64,000 nucleotides of DNA from Deltaproteobacteria bacterium (GCA_026129095.1 JAHCIT010000006.1:1-64000), one strand, 5' to 3'; counted from the first letter of the stretch, positions 1 through 8,595 are shown. Notes: generated by a model from the letters alone, not told the origin. Numbers and translations are program-made.

Positions 1-46
1 GGCTTCTGCCTCCGTTGCCACCGAACAGAGGCTATCATTTTATATC

Positions 47-84
47 TTGACAAAAAAGCGCTAAAAAGAGTAATTAGAACTCTT
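47..84 (+). promoter_or_regulatory. Putative sigma70-type promoter with overlapping inverted repeat (possible operator) directly before ORF 85
   Basis: Perfect TTGACA at 47-52; AT-rich but imperfect -10 region at about 69-76; AAGAGT-N7-ACTCTT at 66-84 abuts the ATG at 85. Confidence 0.4.
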
Positions 85-1131
85 ATGGACGATCCCTTAT
101 TCAGTAATCACATCAACCCCGTTGGCTACGCCTGGACGGCAACGGCCTTTAAACAGTTGGCTGTCCGGCAGAAGGTCCAAGGCCGGGTTCCCGAGATAAC
201 GATAGCGCGGGTGCCGGACTTCTCCGTCGAAAGGAATCCAGAAATCGCCGGGATCGAAAAGGGTGGAGGCCGCGCAGAGCCTCCCCGCTGGGTGCAGCCA
301 TTCAAGGATCATCCGGGCCTATTTCTGGATTTTGCTGACCTCAAGCGTCCGACCCCGGAAGAGACGGCTGACGCCATCAGGATTTTTGTCGGCCGTGTGG
401 GCCTCTTGGGCATTGGCGACGACGATGCGGCCGGAAAGGAACCCTTCTCTGGATGGTCACGTGAGTTGGACTATTTCACCCACGCTCTCGATGTATGGGA
501 ATCCCTGAAGGCGGGAGATCTGTCACGCCTTCAGAAGCTTGGCGGCGGGTGGGACGGCACCCAGAAACATCTTGCTCATGAGGAATTTCTCGACGCTCGA
601 CATTCTGATGACGACGAGGTTCTCGACAGCTTCGGCGCATGGATACTGAGGAGAGCGTCAATTGAAGACGGGCGCCGCGAACTGGATCTTGTCGGCCTGC
701 CGGGGGCGGCCAGGGATTACCTGGCCGGGGCGGTCGATAAAAAAGTGTCCGCCAATGTTCACGTCCGGTTCGCCGGGAAGGCGAGTGCGAATGTTCCGTT
801 CGAGATCCGGATGCTCTCCAAAAACCTGTTGGGCGGGATCTGGCTCCAGTTCGCGAGTTATGTGAGCGGAAAAACCGAGTTCCGGCGCTGCGACATCTGC
901 GAGACCTGGACACCTTATGCGGGCGAGGAGGGCGTTCGTAAGACGCGGCGCTACTGCTGCACCGGCTGCCGGAACCTGGCCGTCGTTGTTCGGAAGCAGG
1001 CGCTCGCTCTTCACCGCCGCCAGAAGAGCATCCGGGCAATCGCCGAGGAAACCGGTATCCGAGAAGAAGTTATCAACCGTTGGATTGAGGAGAATCCGCC
1101 GGAAATCCCGGCGAAACAGACGAAGGAGTAG
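85..1131 (+). CDS. Hypothetical element-borne protein with C-terminal CGNR-like zinc finger and HTH
   Basis: 348 aa; CDICE...RRYCCTGCRN resembles zf-CGNR; followed by HTH-like ALALHRRQKSIRAIAEETGIREEVINRWI; 5 nt upstream of xis. Confidence 0.6.
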   Translation: MDDPLFSNHINPVGYAWTATAFKQLAVRQKVQGRVPEITIARVPDFSVERNPEIAGIEKGGGRAEPPRWVQPFKDHPGLFLDFADLKRPTPEETADAIRIFVGRVGLLGIGDDDAAGKEPFSGWSRELDYFTHALDVWESLKAGDLSRLQKLGGGWDGTQKHLAHEEFLDARHSDDDEVLDSFGAWILRRASIEDGRRELDLVGLPGAARDYLAGAVDKKVSANVHVRFAGKASANVPFEIRMLSKNLLGGIWLQFASYVSGKTEFRRCDICETWTPYAGEEGVRKTRRYCCTGCRNLAVVVRKQALALHRRQKSIRAIAEETGIREEVINRWIEENPPEIPAKQTKE

Positions 1132-1136
1132 ACGCG

Positions 1137-1412
1137 ATGGAAGCAACAAACCCGCCTATCGACAAGGCCCTGATCGACCGCCTGATCCGCCAGATCAAAG
1201 AGGCGATTCCAGGCGACCCGTCACGTGAACTCGTCTCCGCAGGGCTGGTCACGATCGAAGAAGCATCGAAGTTCCTCGGGATCAGCCGGTCGAAGATCTA
1301 CGAAATGATGGCCGATGGCCTCATCAAATTTGTTAAACTCGGCCGAAGCAGACGAATTCCACAGAATGAACTGATCCGGGTCGCATCCGAGGGGCTTGTC
1401 GGCGGCGCGTAA
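1137..1412 (+). CDS. xis: Excisionase / HTH_17 DNA-binding protein
   Basis: LVTIEEASKFLGISRSKIYEMM...VKLGRSRRIP, typical excisionase winged HTH; directly upstream of the integrase. Confidence 0.85.
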   Translation: MEATNPPIDKALIDRLIRQIKEAIPGDPSRELVSAGLVTIEEASKFLGISRSKIYEMMADGLIKFVKLGRSRRIPQNELIRVASEGLVGGA

Positions 1413-1444
1413 ATTTCGGGCTCGACATACAAGGAGAGACGGTT

Positions 1445-2794
1445 ATGTCCAGAAAACGTGGCAATGGCGAAGGTACGGTAAATCGGAGATCTGACGGCCG
1501 ATGGGAGGCCCGCCTCCGCCTTGAGGACGCCAACGGCCGCATCGTCCGCAAGTCCGTTTATGGGAAAAGCCGTGACGAGGTGAACAGGAAACTCCACGAA
1601 CTCCAGTGCCAGAAACACGATGGAAGCTTCAATACCGATGCCAGCCAGAAAATGGCGGACTTCCTTGAAACCTGGCTGATCCAGCACGTCCAGCCGACGC
1701 GGGAACCCCGGACGGTCGAATTCTACGAGCGTACGGTCCGGAAGGACATCATCCCGGCCATCGGACATATCCCTCTTGAACGGCTGAAGCCCCCGATGAT
1801 CCAGAAGTTCTATTCCACACTCCTTTCCGCCGGCCGCTCAAAGCTCACCGTCAAGAAGATTCACATCACGCTTCACGCCGCGCTGGCTGTCGCCGAGAAG
1901 CAGCAGATCATCGCCCGGAACCCCGCCCACTTCGTCACGCCGCCGAAGCCGGACGCGGTGGAACCGCTCGCGCTCGATGCGGAGCAAACGAGGAAGTTCT
2001 GCCAGCAGATACGGAACCATCCCTTTGAGGTCATTTATGTGTTTGCACTCGACTCGGGCTGCCGGCAGGGAGAAATCCTCGGCCTCAAGTGGCACGACAT
2101 CAACTTAACCACTGGCGCGGTGAAGATCGACCGGGCGATGAAGCGAACGGCCAAAACTGTTTTTCTCGGCGCGCCGAAGACGAAGAAAAGCCGCCGCACC
2201 CTGATCGTTAATCCCGTCACGCTGGACCTGTTCCGGCTCCAGCAATCCAGGCAGGCGGAGATGCGAAGGCTGGCGGGCGACCTCTGGAAGCCGAAGGCCG
2301 GTTTCGAGAACCTCGTCTTCACGACCGAGACCGGCAATCCGTTCGATCCGTCCCGGCTGACCATCGAAATGAAGAAGATCTGCGCCCAGGCGGAGATTCC
2401 CTACGTCAAGTTCAAGGGTTTACGGAGCACGCACTCGACGCTGCTTGCGGTCAACGGCATATCGCCGCGCGTGATTCAGGAGAGACTGGGCCATGCGACG
2501 CTCGACATGACGCTGAGAATTTACACGGCGGTGCAGCCGTCGATGCAGGCGGAAGCGACGCGGGTGATCGAGTCCTATATCGTCAACCACAAACAGAATC
2601 TGGGAGGGGACTCGCCAGATGTCAGAATTCCGACGCAAGCCAGTGGTGGTCAAAATGGTGGTCAAATGGCCCAGAAATTCCGTTGGCCGCTGATCGTTTT
2701 TTCCAAGCCTGTGGAATTATTCGGAAGATTATGGTTCCCGATGATGGATTCGAACCACCACAAGCAGAGTCAGAGTCTGCTGTCCTACCATTAG
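1445..2794 (+). CDS. int: Tyrosine recombinase / site-specific integrase
   Basis: N-terminal RGNGEGTV..R.DGRW arm-binding domain; GCRQGEILGLKW (box I Arg), PKTK, KGLRSTHSTLL (HxxR variant), RLGH and IYT catalytic Tyr; RBS AAGGAG before ATG. Confidence 0.95.
   Translation: MSRKRGNGEGTVNRRSDGRWEARLRLEDANGRIVRKSVYGKSRDEVNRKLHELQCQKHDGSFNTDASQKMADFLETWLIQHVQPTREPRTVEFYERTVRKDIIPAIGHIPLERLKPPMIQKFYSTLLSAGRSKLTVKKIHITLHAALAVAEKQQIIARNPAHFVTPPKPDAVEPLALDAEQTRKFCQQIRNHPFEVIYVFALDSGCRQGEILGLKWHDINLTTGAVKIDRAMKRTAKTVFLGAPKTKKSRRTLIVNPVTLDLFRLQQSRQAEMRRLAGDLWKPKAGFENLVFTTETGNPFDPSRLTIEMKKICAQAEIPYVKFKGLRSTHSTLLAVNGISPRVIQERLGHATLDMTLRIYTAVQPSMQAEATRVIESYIVNHKQNLGGDSPDVRIPTQASGGQNGGQMAQKFRWPLIVFSKPVELFGRLWFPMMDSNHHKQSQSLLSYH
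2644..2669 (+). repeat. Tandem direct repeat TGGTGGTCAAA x2, putative integrase arm-type binding sites
   Basis: TGGTGGTCAAA at 2644-2654 and 2656-2666, about 65 nt from the tRNA 3' end. Confidence 0.65.
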
Positions 2795-2805
2795 ACGAAT
2801 CGGGA
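2732..2805 (-). tRNA. trnQ: tRNA-Gln (anticodon CTG)
   Basis: Minus strand TCCCGAT TC GTCTAATGGTAGGAC A GCAGA CT-CTG-AC TCTGC TTGT GGTGG TTCGAAT CCATC ATCGGGA A CCA folds into a cloverleaf; U1-A72 pair; encoded CCA. Confidence 0.97.
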
Positions 2806-2862
2806 ACGGGCCGGGGCGGTCTGGAGTGGCTCTGGAACCAGAGGCTCGCAGTCACCCGTTGG

Positions 2863-2895
2863 GTTATATGTAAGAAGCCGGGGCGCGTCTGTCAA
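2863..2895 (-). promoter_or_regulatory. Putative tRNA-Gln promoter
   Basis: TTGACA on the minus strand at 2890-2895, followed after 17 nt by AT-rich TACATATAAC. Confidence 0.45.
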
Positions 2896-3013
2896 CCCTT
2901 GCGGACTAAAGGTGTCGTGACACGTCCTGACACGCGGTACGGCCATGATTTTCCCTTCAATCCGCCCGTTGCACGCCCCTGCGTGGCGGAGGTATTCAGT
3001 CAGGAGGCAGTTT

Positions 3014-4378
3014 ATGGAACTTGTTATCGCCACAATCGTGGGAGCCGCTCTTGGTCTGGCCGCTGGATTTTTCGCCGGTATTACGCTTGGCAAGAAAACC
3101 GGTACCGGCGAAGCCGAAAACCGCACAAAACTCGAAACACTGCTCGCCGAGCGCGACCGGGAACTGAAGGAATGTTTGGCCCGCCTAGACCAGTCCGAGC
3201 GGGAACGGGTGCAGGCACTGGCCCGGCTCGCCGACCTGGAGGCCCGGCTGGACAGCGAGCGAAGCAAACTGGCCGACTTTGAAAAACAGATCGAAGGAAA
3301 ACTCGGGAAACTTTCGCTCGATGCGCTCCAGAAGAACAGCCAGCAGTTCCTGGAGCTGGCCCGGCAGAATCTTGGGCAGACGCAGGCGGAAGCCAAGGGC
3401 GAACTGGAAAAACGCCAGCAGGCGATCGAAAATATCGTCAAGCCGGTGAGCGAGCTACTGGAAAAATACCACGCAGAAATCCAGAAGATCGAGAACTCGC
3501 GGCAAAAAGACTACGGATCACTCTCTGAGCAGGTTCAGTTCCTGCTCACCTCCAACAAGGAGTTGCGGGGCGAGACATCCAAACTCGTGGATGCGCTGAA
3601 AAAACCCCAGATCCGGGGAAACTGGGGTGAAATACAGCTCCGGCAGGTGGCCGAACTGGCAGGCATGATCGAGCACTGCAACTTCATCGTGCAGGAAACG
3701 GTAACAACCGAGAGCGGGCGGCTCCGGCCCGACATGATCGTCAACCTGCCAGGTGGCAAACAGATCGTTGTTGACGCCAAAGCCCCGATGGAGGCCTTTC
3801 TCAAGGCGGTAGAATCTCCTACCGACGACGAGCGGAACAAGTGGATGCTGGAGCATGCACGGCAAGTTCGGGACCACATCCGGAAACTGTCGGCCAAGAG
3901 CTACCAGGATCAATTCCCCAGCGCCCCCGATTTCATTGTCATGTTCATCCCCGGCGAGGGATTGTTCCGTGCGGCTATCGAGCATGATAGCGAGCTCATC
4001 CAGTCCGGCATCACGGAAAAGGTGATCACCGCAAGCCCCACAACGCTGATCGCCATGCTCAAGGCTGTCCATTACGGCTGGCAGCAGGAAAAGATCAGCG
4101 AAAACGCCCAGCGGATCAGCCGGCTGGGGAGTGAACTGTACGGCAGGGTAAGGAAACTCGCTGAGCATTTCTCCAAGATCGGCAGCGGACTCGACAAGGC
4201 CACCGAATCCTATAACGAAGCCGTCGGATCGTTGGAGCGGAGCTTTCTGCCATCAGCCCGGAAGTTCCGGGAACTGGGCGCCGGAACCGGCGACGACATC
4301 CCCGAACTGGACCCCCTGGACAAGACCACCCGCGAACCCACCGCCCCCGAACTCGCCGAGCCGCCTTCAGACGGATGA
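3014..4378 (+). CDS. rmuC: DNA recombination protein RmuC
   Basis: N-terminal TM plus coiled coil; RGNWGEIQL, RPDMIVNLP, VDAKAP, FIPGEG, SPTTL motifs; start moved to ATG 3014 (AGGAGG at 3002-3007). Confidence 0.93.
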   Translation: MELVIATIVGAALGLAAGFFAGITLGKKTGTGEAENRTKLETLLAERDRELKECLARLDQSERERVQALARLADLEARLDSERSKLADFEKQIEGKLGKLSLDALQKNSQQFLELARQNLGQTQAEAKGELEKRQQAIENIVKPVSELLEKYHAEIQKIENSRQKDYGSLSEQVQFLLTSNKELRGETSKLVDALKKPQIRGNWGEIQLRQVAELAGMIEHCNFIVQETVTTESGRLRPDMIVNLPGGKQIVVDAKAPMEAFLKAVESPTDDERNKWMLEHARQVRDHIRKLSAKSYQDQFPSAPDFIVMFIPGEGLFRAAIEHDSELIQSGITEKVITASPTTLIAMLKAVHYGWQQEKISENAQRISRLGSELYGRVRKLAEHFSKIGSGLDKATESYNEAVGSLERSFLPSARKFRELGAGTGDDIPELDPLDKTTREPTAPELAEPPSDG

Positions 4379-4459
4379 TTAACGCAGGTTTTTTCATCTC
4401 GGGGAGAAAGGCCGTATTGAGTCCGGCCACTGGCAGGTGATACTGTCCTTCACTTCAGT

Positions 4460-5239
4460 ATGGCAAGGAAAAATACAGGAAACGGTGCTGATTCCAGCAC
4501 GGCTCCGGCGCGGCCGCTCATGAACAAGGTGGCGGGTGCCGTTGCCGGCCGTGCCGGACAGATCGTGAGCGGTGTGGGGTCGTCAATTGCCGATGTGACC
4601 GGAGCGGTTATCGGCATGATCGACCGTGCCCCCAAGCGGGGACGCTATGACCGGAGCGTATCGGCTGCGGAGCGCGCACACGCCACCCGCCGCCGGCTGC
4701 TCCAGGCGGCCGCCAAGGTTTTCGCCGAAAAGGGTTATACCGAGGCAAGCGTCGCCGACATCATCGCCGAGGCGGGAACAAGCCGCCAGACCTACTACGA
4801 CCTGTTCGACAACAAGGAAGCCATCCTGCTGGCCCTCCAGCAGCGGGCCGTCCGGTTCATGATCCCCTATGTGAGTGGAGCGATGGACAAGGCCTCGACC
4901 GCCGAGGTGATGATCGACAACGGCGTGAGTGCGCTTCTCAAGCTGGTCGAGCAGGCCGGGCCGCTCGCCGAGATCGCGCTGAGAGAGATGGGCAATTCGC
5001 CGGCCGTGATCAGCGCCCGCGAGGAGATCATCGGCCTGTTCTGCGAGATGCTGAAAGAAGCAGCCGAGGCCGCCTACCGGGACGGGCTCACCACCCGGAA
5101 ACCCGATCCGGTCACGATCCGGGCGCTCGTGGGCGGTATCGAAACCGTCGCACTGGATTACATCCGTGCCGGACGGACCAAAGAGATCATGGAAACCAAA
5201 CCTGCATTCGTCAGGCTGCTCGAACGGGCTCTGACCTAG
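4460..5239 (+). CDS. TetR/AcrR family regulator with N-terminal extension
   Basis: TRRRLLQAAAKVFAEKGY..ASVADIIAEAGTSRQTYYDLFDNKE TetR HTH. Confidence 0.9.
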   Translation: MARKNTGNGADSSTAPARPLMNKVAGAVAGRAGQIVSGVGSSIADVTGAVIGMIDRAPKRGRYDRSVSAAERAHATRRRLLQAAAKVFAEKGYTEASVADIIAEAGTSRQTYYDLFDNKEAILLALQQRAVRFMIPYVSGAMDKASTAEVMIDNGVSALLKLVEQAGPLAEIALREMGNSPAVISAREEIIGLFCEMLKEAAEAAYRDGLTTRKPDPVTIRALVGGIETVALDYIRAGRTKEIMETKPAFVRLLERALT

Positions 5240-5246
5240 GCTGTAA

Positions 5247-6509
5247 TTACGCCGCCTGGGCCTGGCGCTTCTCGTAGACGCGATCCATCTGCTTCTTGAT
5301 CGCCTTGTAGCGCCGTTCGCCAATGCCGCCGAACACGTCGTTCCCGTAGATTTCGCGCTCCAGCTTCTCCATCTCCGGATCAATCTCGCCTTCGCTGCGC
5401 ATCGTGTAGTCCACGAATCCCTTGTAGTTCTCGGGCTCGTAGCGCATGAAGTAGGTATTCACGGCGAGATTATAGGCCATGAGCAGTTCGTCACGCTTCT
5501 GCGGAAGCGGCATGCCCGACCGCTCGGCAAGGCGCGTCACCTTGGCAACAAACTTGCCGAAGAAACCGAATACATCCATCCCGAGGGCGGTGAAGTAGGG
5601 CCGGTAATCGAAGATTGCCCCCAGTGCCGGAGCGAGCATAAGCGCCCGGCTGATCTGGTAGCGCTTGTTCTTGGTTACATGCTCCGGGATGTTGCCTGCC
5701 TGGTTGTAGTTCTGAGGGAAACCCACATGCCGGGCCTCGTCCCGGTGGAACTGGTGCATGATGTCCTCGATGCCGGGAAAGTTGGCGAATGTCGAGAACG
5801 TGCTCGTGGCAAAGCTCTCCAGCATCACGTTCATCCCGAACAGCCGGTTGTAGGGTTCGGCACGGGCGACACTCTCGAACAGGAACCGGGCCGAGTTGTG
5901 CAGGGGCTTCAGGATCCCGAGCGTCTTCAGCATCTCGCGAAGGACCAGGAAGTGCTTGGCTTCCTCCATCACCTGAAGCGACATGCCCATGCGGGAGCCC
6001 GTCCCCTTTACATGCGGGATGAGCGTGGCCGAGGTGTAGAGGGCATACGCCTCGCCGTGGCAGATGAGCGAGAGAATCCAGCCGAGCGCATCGCGCTGCT
6101 CGGGTGTGGTGGCGGCCTCGAACCTGCGGCGGACGTCCTCGGACGTCGCCCGGCGCATCATCTCTTTCGTCTCGTCAATTTCGCGGATCGACCCGCCGCG
6201 CTTGTCGCCGGCGTTCTTTTCGACGGCGGTGGCATCCCGCAGCCCCAGGTATGGGGCAGCGACCTCCGCCTTCCAGATATTGGCCAGCGCCTTTTCGTAG
6301 TTCCGGCTGGTGAGGACTTCCATCTCGCCGCCCACGAAATTGGCGGTCCTGTCGTCATAGGTGTTGACGAGGTGGCCGTCCACGTAGTCGCGCGCCCGGT
6401 CCTCGTATTTCCGGTAAAGCCCGGAGACGCCGAAGAATGCCGCGTCTATTGCCTTGTCGAGGGTCTGGTATGCGAGCTTCCGAGCAGGGTTCATGGATGA
6501 CACCTCCAT
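5247..6509 (-). CDS. Ferritin-like diiron-carboxylate protein (AurF/desaturase-like fold)
   Basis: GEAYA...EEAKH...LES...DEARH fits the E/ExxH/E/ExxH diiron ligand pattern; start could be Met 6509 or the next Met. Confidence 0.8.
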   Translation of the reverse strand: MEVSSMNPARKLAYQTLDKAIDAAFFGVSGLYRKYEDRARDYVDGHLVNTYDDRTANFVGGEMEVLTSRNYEKALANIWKAEVAAPYLGLRDATAVEKNAGDKRGGSIREIDETKEMMRRATSEDVRRRFEAATTPEQRDALGWILSLICHGEAYALYTSATLIPHVKGTGSRMGMSLQVMEEAKHFLVLREMLKTLGILKPLHNSARFLFESVARAEPYNRLFGMNVMLESFATSTFSTFANFPGIEDIMHQFHRDEARHVGFPQNYNQAGNIPEHVTKNKRYQISRALMLAPALGAIFDYRPYFTALGMDVFGFFGKFVAKVTRLAERSGMPLPQKRDELLMAYNLAVNTYFMRYEPENYKGFVDYTMRSEGEIDPEMEKLEREIYGNDVFGGIGERRYKAIKKQMDRVYEKRQAQAA

Positions 6510-6517
6510 CAGCTAAT

Positions 6518-6550
6518 AAAGACACTACTGTCTTTTCATTGGATGGTCAA
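6518..6550 (-). promoter_or_regulatory. Sigma70 promoter of the ferritin-like gene overlapped by a perfect palindrome (putative TetR operator)
   Basis: TTGACC(6545-6550)-17 nt-TAGTGT(6522-6527); AAAGACA-N4-TGTCTTT at 6518-6535. Confidence 0.7.
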
Positions 6551-6654
6551 GTGAGAAATGGCCCGCCGCGTCAGGCTGTGCGAGCCATTTATAAGCGTGC
6601 GAAATGCCTGGGCTAGTTTAACGGCAGTCGGGGAATGGATAGACACTGGAGAGC

Positions 6655-7143
6655 TTAATGCTCCGATAGATATTGCATCCCTTTACCGACAGTCTGGCAA
6701 TCACGGCAGATGCCATACAGCTCAAGACGATGGCGGACCAGCCGGAAACCCTGGGCCCTGGCACTAGCCGCCTGGAGCTTTTCGATGTCGTCATTTTCGA
6801 ACTCGATAATCTTCCCGCAGGAGAGGCAAACCATGTGGTCATGGTGCTCGTCCCGCTCGTTTACCTCATAGCGGGCCACCTTGTCGCCGAAATACCGCTC
6901 ATTGGCGAGCCCCGCCTCGGTGAGAAGCTTCAGCGTCCGGTAGACAGTCGCATACCCGACCCGCTTGTTCTTCCTGCGGGCCAGTTCCAGCAGTTCTTCA
7001 ATGGAAAGGTGCGAGTTCGTCCGGAAGAAGGCATCCGCGATATCTGTGCGCTGGCGGGTCACCTTGAGCTGCTTCTCACGGATATATTCGCTCAAACGGC
7101 GGTGCCGCTCGTCCACGATCCTGTCTGTAACTTTGAATTTCAT
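6655..7143 (-). CDS. fur: Fur family transcriptional regulator
   Basis: TRQR..I, HLSIEEL, VGYATVYRTLKLL, EHHDHMVCLSCG, YGICRDC. Confidence 0.95.
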   Translation of the reverse strand: MKFKVTDRIVDERHRRLSEYIREKQLKVTRQRTDIADAFFRTNSHLSIEELLELARRKNKRVGYATVYRTLKLLTEAGLANERYFGDKVARYEVNERDEHHDHMVCLSCGKIIEFENDDIEKLQAASARAQGFRLVRHRLELYGICRDCQTVGKGMQYLSEH

Positions 7144-7277
7144 TGGAAACGCCTGTTATTCCAGAGAGCTGCCGTGATTTTGAGTACGAAGATATCAGGG
7201 TCTCTTCCGCTTGGAAATACCCAATCGAAGGCGGTTGCCCCGACGGTTTTATCCAGGCCAGCTACTACCTGTCGCGA

Positions 7278-8075
7278 CTATTCGGCCAGACGCTCCGGCA
7301 GGGTTTGCTCAAACAGCAGGTGCCGCGCTGCGCCAGCAGGGTCGTCGGGGAGACGGCTGCAATACCGCATGAACCTCGGGACAGTGGAAAAGAGCCGCTC
7401 GGCCTTCAGGAACCGCGGGTTCTCAATCCGGAAGAATCCGGGCCGGGCAAGACTGGCCACCATCGGATCGGCACGGAACTGCCGGATCTTCTCCAGCAAT
7501 TCGTCGTAATAGGGTATTTCTTCAATTGTCGCCCGCAGGGTCTTCGCCCTGGCAGTCGTCCCCTCGATCGCCTCAATAGTCTGCTTTTCGAGGGCATCAA
7601 GCCCATCCGGGAACATGACCAGCAGTTGAAGATCGTACAGGGGATCGTGATGCACCACCTGTAGCAGGTGGCCGATGATCGTGTCCCGCTCGGACAGGAG
7701 TCCCGTGGGGTCCAGCATGGAGGCGGGGTCTTCCACCCAGCGCAGGAACTGATGGAACCAGAAGCCTATTTCGAGCTGGTCGTACATGTCCCGGCTGCCA
7801 GGAATCAGGAAGTAACGGAAGTTATCGATCGTCCCCTGAACGATCTGGAGCGGGGTTGGCATCCTGTCCACATATCCCGCGTCCTTCAGGGCGCGCACCC
7901 GGCGGGCCAGTTCGCGCCCGTTCCGCCAGCTCCCAAGGGTCACGGCAAAACGGCGGATCTTCTCCTCGACCGCCTCGCGGGGGCCGATGGCTGTGCGGAT
8001 CAGTTCCAGGGGATTATGGGTTTGCCGGAACGACTTGCTGTCTGGCTGAGCCTCGGACCTTCCCTGCATCTCCAT
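7278..8075 (-). CDS. Hypothetical protein
   Basis: Well-formed ORF 16 nt downstream of skp, start placed at ATG 8075; FHQFLR..DP and IIGHLLQVVHHDPLYDLQLL look conserved but I recognise no family. Confidence 0.7.
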   Translation of the reverse strand: MEMQGRSEAQPDSKSFRQTHNPLELIRTAIGPREAVEEKIRRFAVTLGSWRNGRELARRVRALKDAGYVDRMPTPLQIVQGTIDNFRYFLIPGSRDMYDQLEIGFWFHQFLRWVEDPASMLDPTGLLSERDTIIGHLLQVVHHDPLYDLQLLVMFPDGLDALEKQTIEAIEGTTARAKTLRATIEEIPYYDELLEKIRQFRADPMVASLARPGFFRIENPRFLKAERLFSTVPRFMRYCSRLPDDPAGAARHLLFEQTLPERLAE

Positions 8076-8091
8076 GTCTTGCCCCCCAACT

Positions 8092-8595
8092 TCAGCGGTC
8101 AAACCGCTTCAGCACTTCATCGGTAATATCCAGCGCAGGCCCTGCATAGATCACGTTGACAGAACTACGCTCGAATACCACGTCAATGTTTTTTTCCTTC
8201 GCAATCTGCTCGGTAAGCTCGCGCAGCCTGGACACCACTTCACCCGACAGTTGCTCGTCCTTGCGCTTGATCTCTTCCTCGTAGTCGGCCGAGCGGCGCT
8301 CGATCTGCCGCTGCTGGGCGCGGAGCTGGTCCTCGCGTTCAGCAATCTGCGAAGGAGTCATGACCAGCCGTTTCTGCCGGAATTCATCCATGTCCTTTTC
8401 CAGATCCGACTGAAGTTTCAGCAGCGCCTCGCGGCGGCGCGCCACCTCATCCTCGATTGCCTGCCGGTGCGTGCGGCCTTTTTTGGAAGTGCCGATCACC
8501 TTGTGGAAATCAACAATGGCAAAAGTCGTTGCCCACGCCGGCATGGCACCGCCAAGCACAACTGCCGTCATGGCCATCAGGAACAGCTTACGCAT
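8092..8595 (-). CDS. skp: OmpH/Skp periplasmic chaperone
   Basis: Signal peptide, FAIVDF, long coiled coil, IAKEKNIDVVF...VIYA..ALDITDEVLK. Confidence 0.9.
   Translation of the reverse strand: MRKLFLMAMTAVVLGGAMPAWATTFAIVDFHKVIGTSKKGRTHRQAIEDEVARRREALLKLQSDLEKDMDEFRQKRLVMTPSQIAEREDQLRAQQRQIERRSADYEEEIKRKDEQLSGEVVSRLRELTEQIAKEKNIDVVFERSSVNVIYAGPALDITDEVLKRFDR

Larger units (their letters stand above)
1..2805. mobile_element. Right end of a tRNA-Gln-targeting integrative element (prophage/ICE/genomic island); left end probably outside the window
   Basis: xis-int adjacent to the tRNA 3' end, with arm-type repeats; I saw no second copy of the tRNA 3' end in 1-2730. Confidence 0.8.

Noticed and set aside
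2945-3013. N-terminal extension of RmuC, and similar extensions called for ALDH, both ACADs, SpoT, HTTM and the AGPS-like genes
   Set aside because: Downstream starts with good Shine-Dalgarno sequences match the family N-termini better
6510-6655. Fur control of the ferritin-like gene as an iron-storage module
   Set aside because: No GATAATGATAATCATTATC-like box seen; the protein is a 420-aa enzyme-type diiron protein rather than a storage ferritin, and the promoter palindrome looks TetR-like
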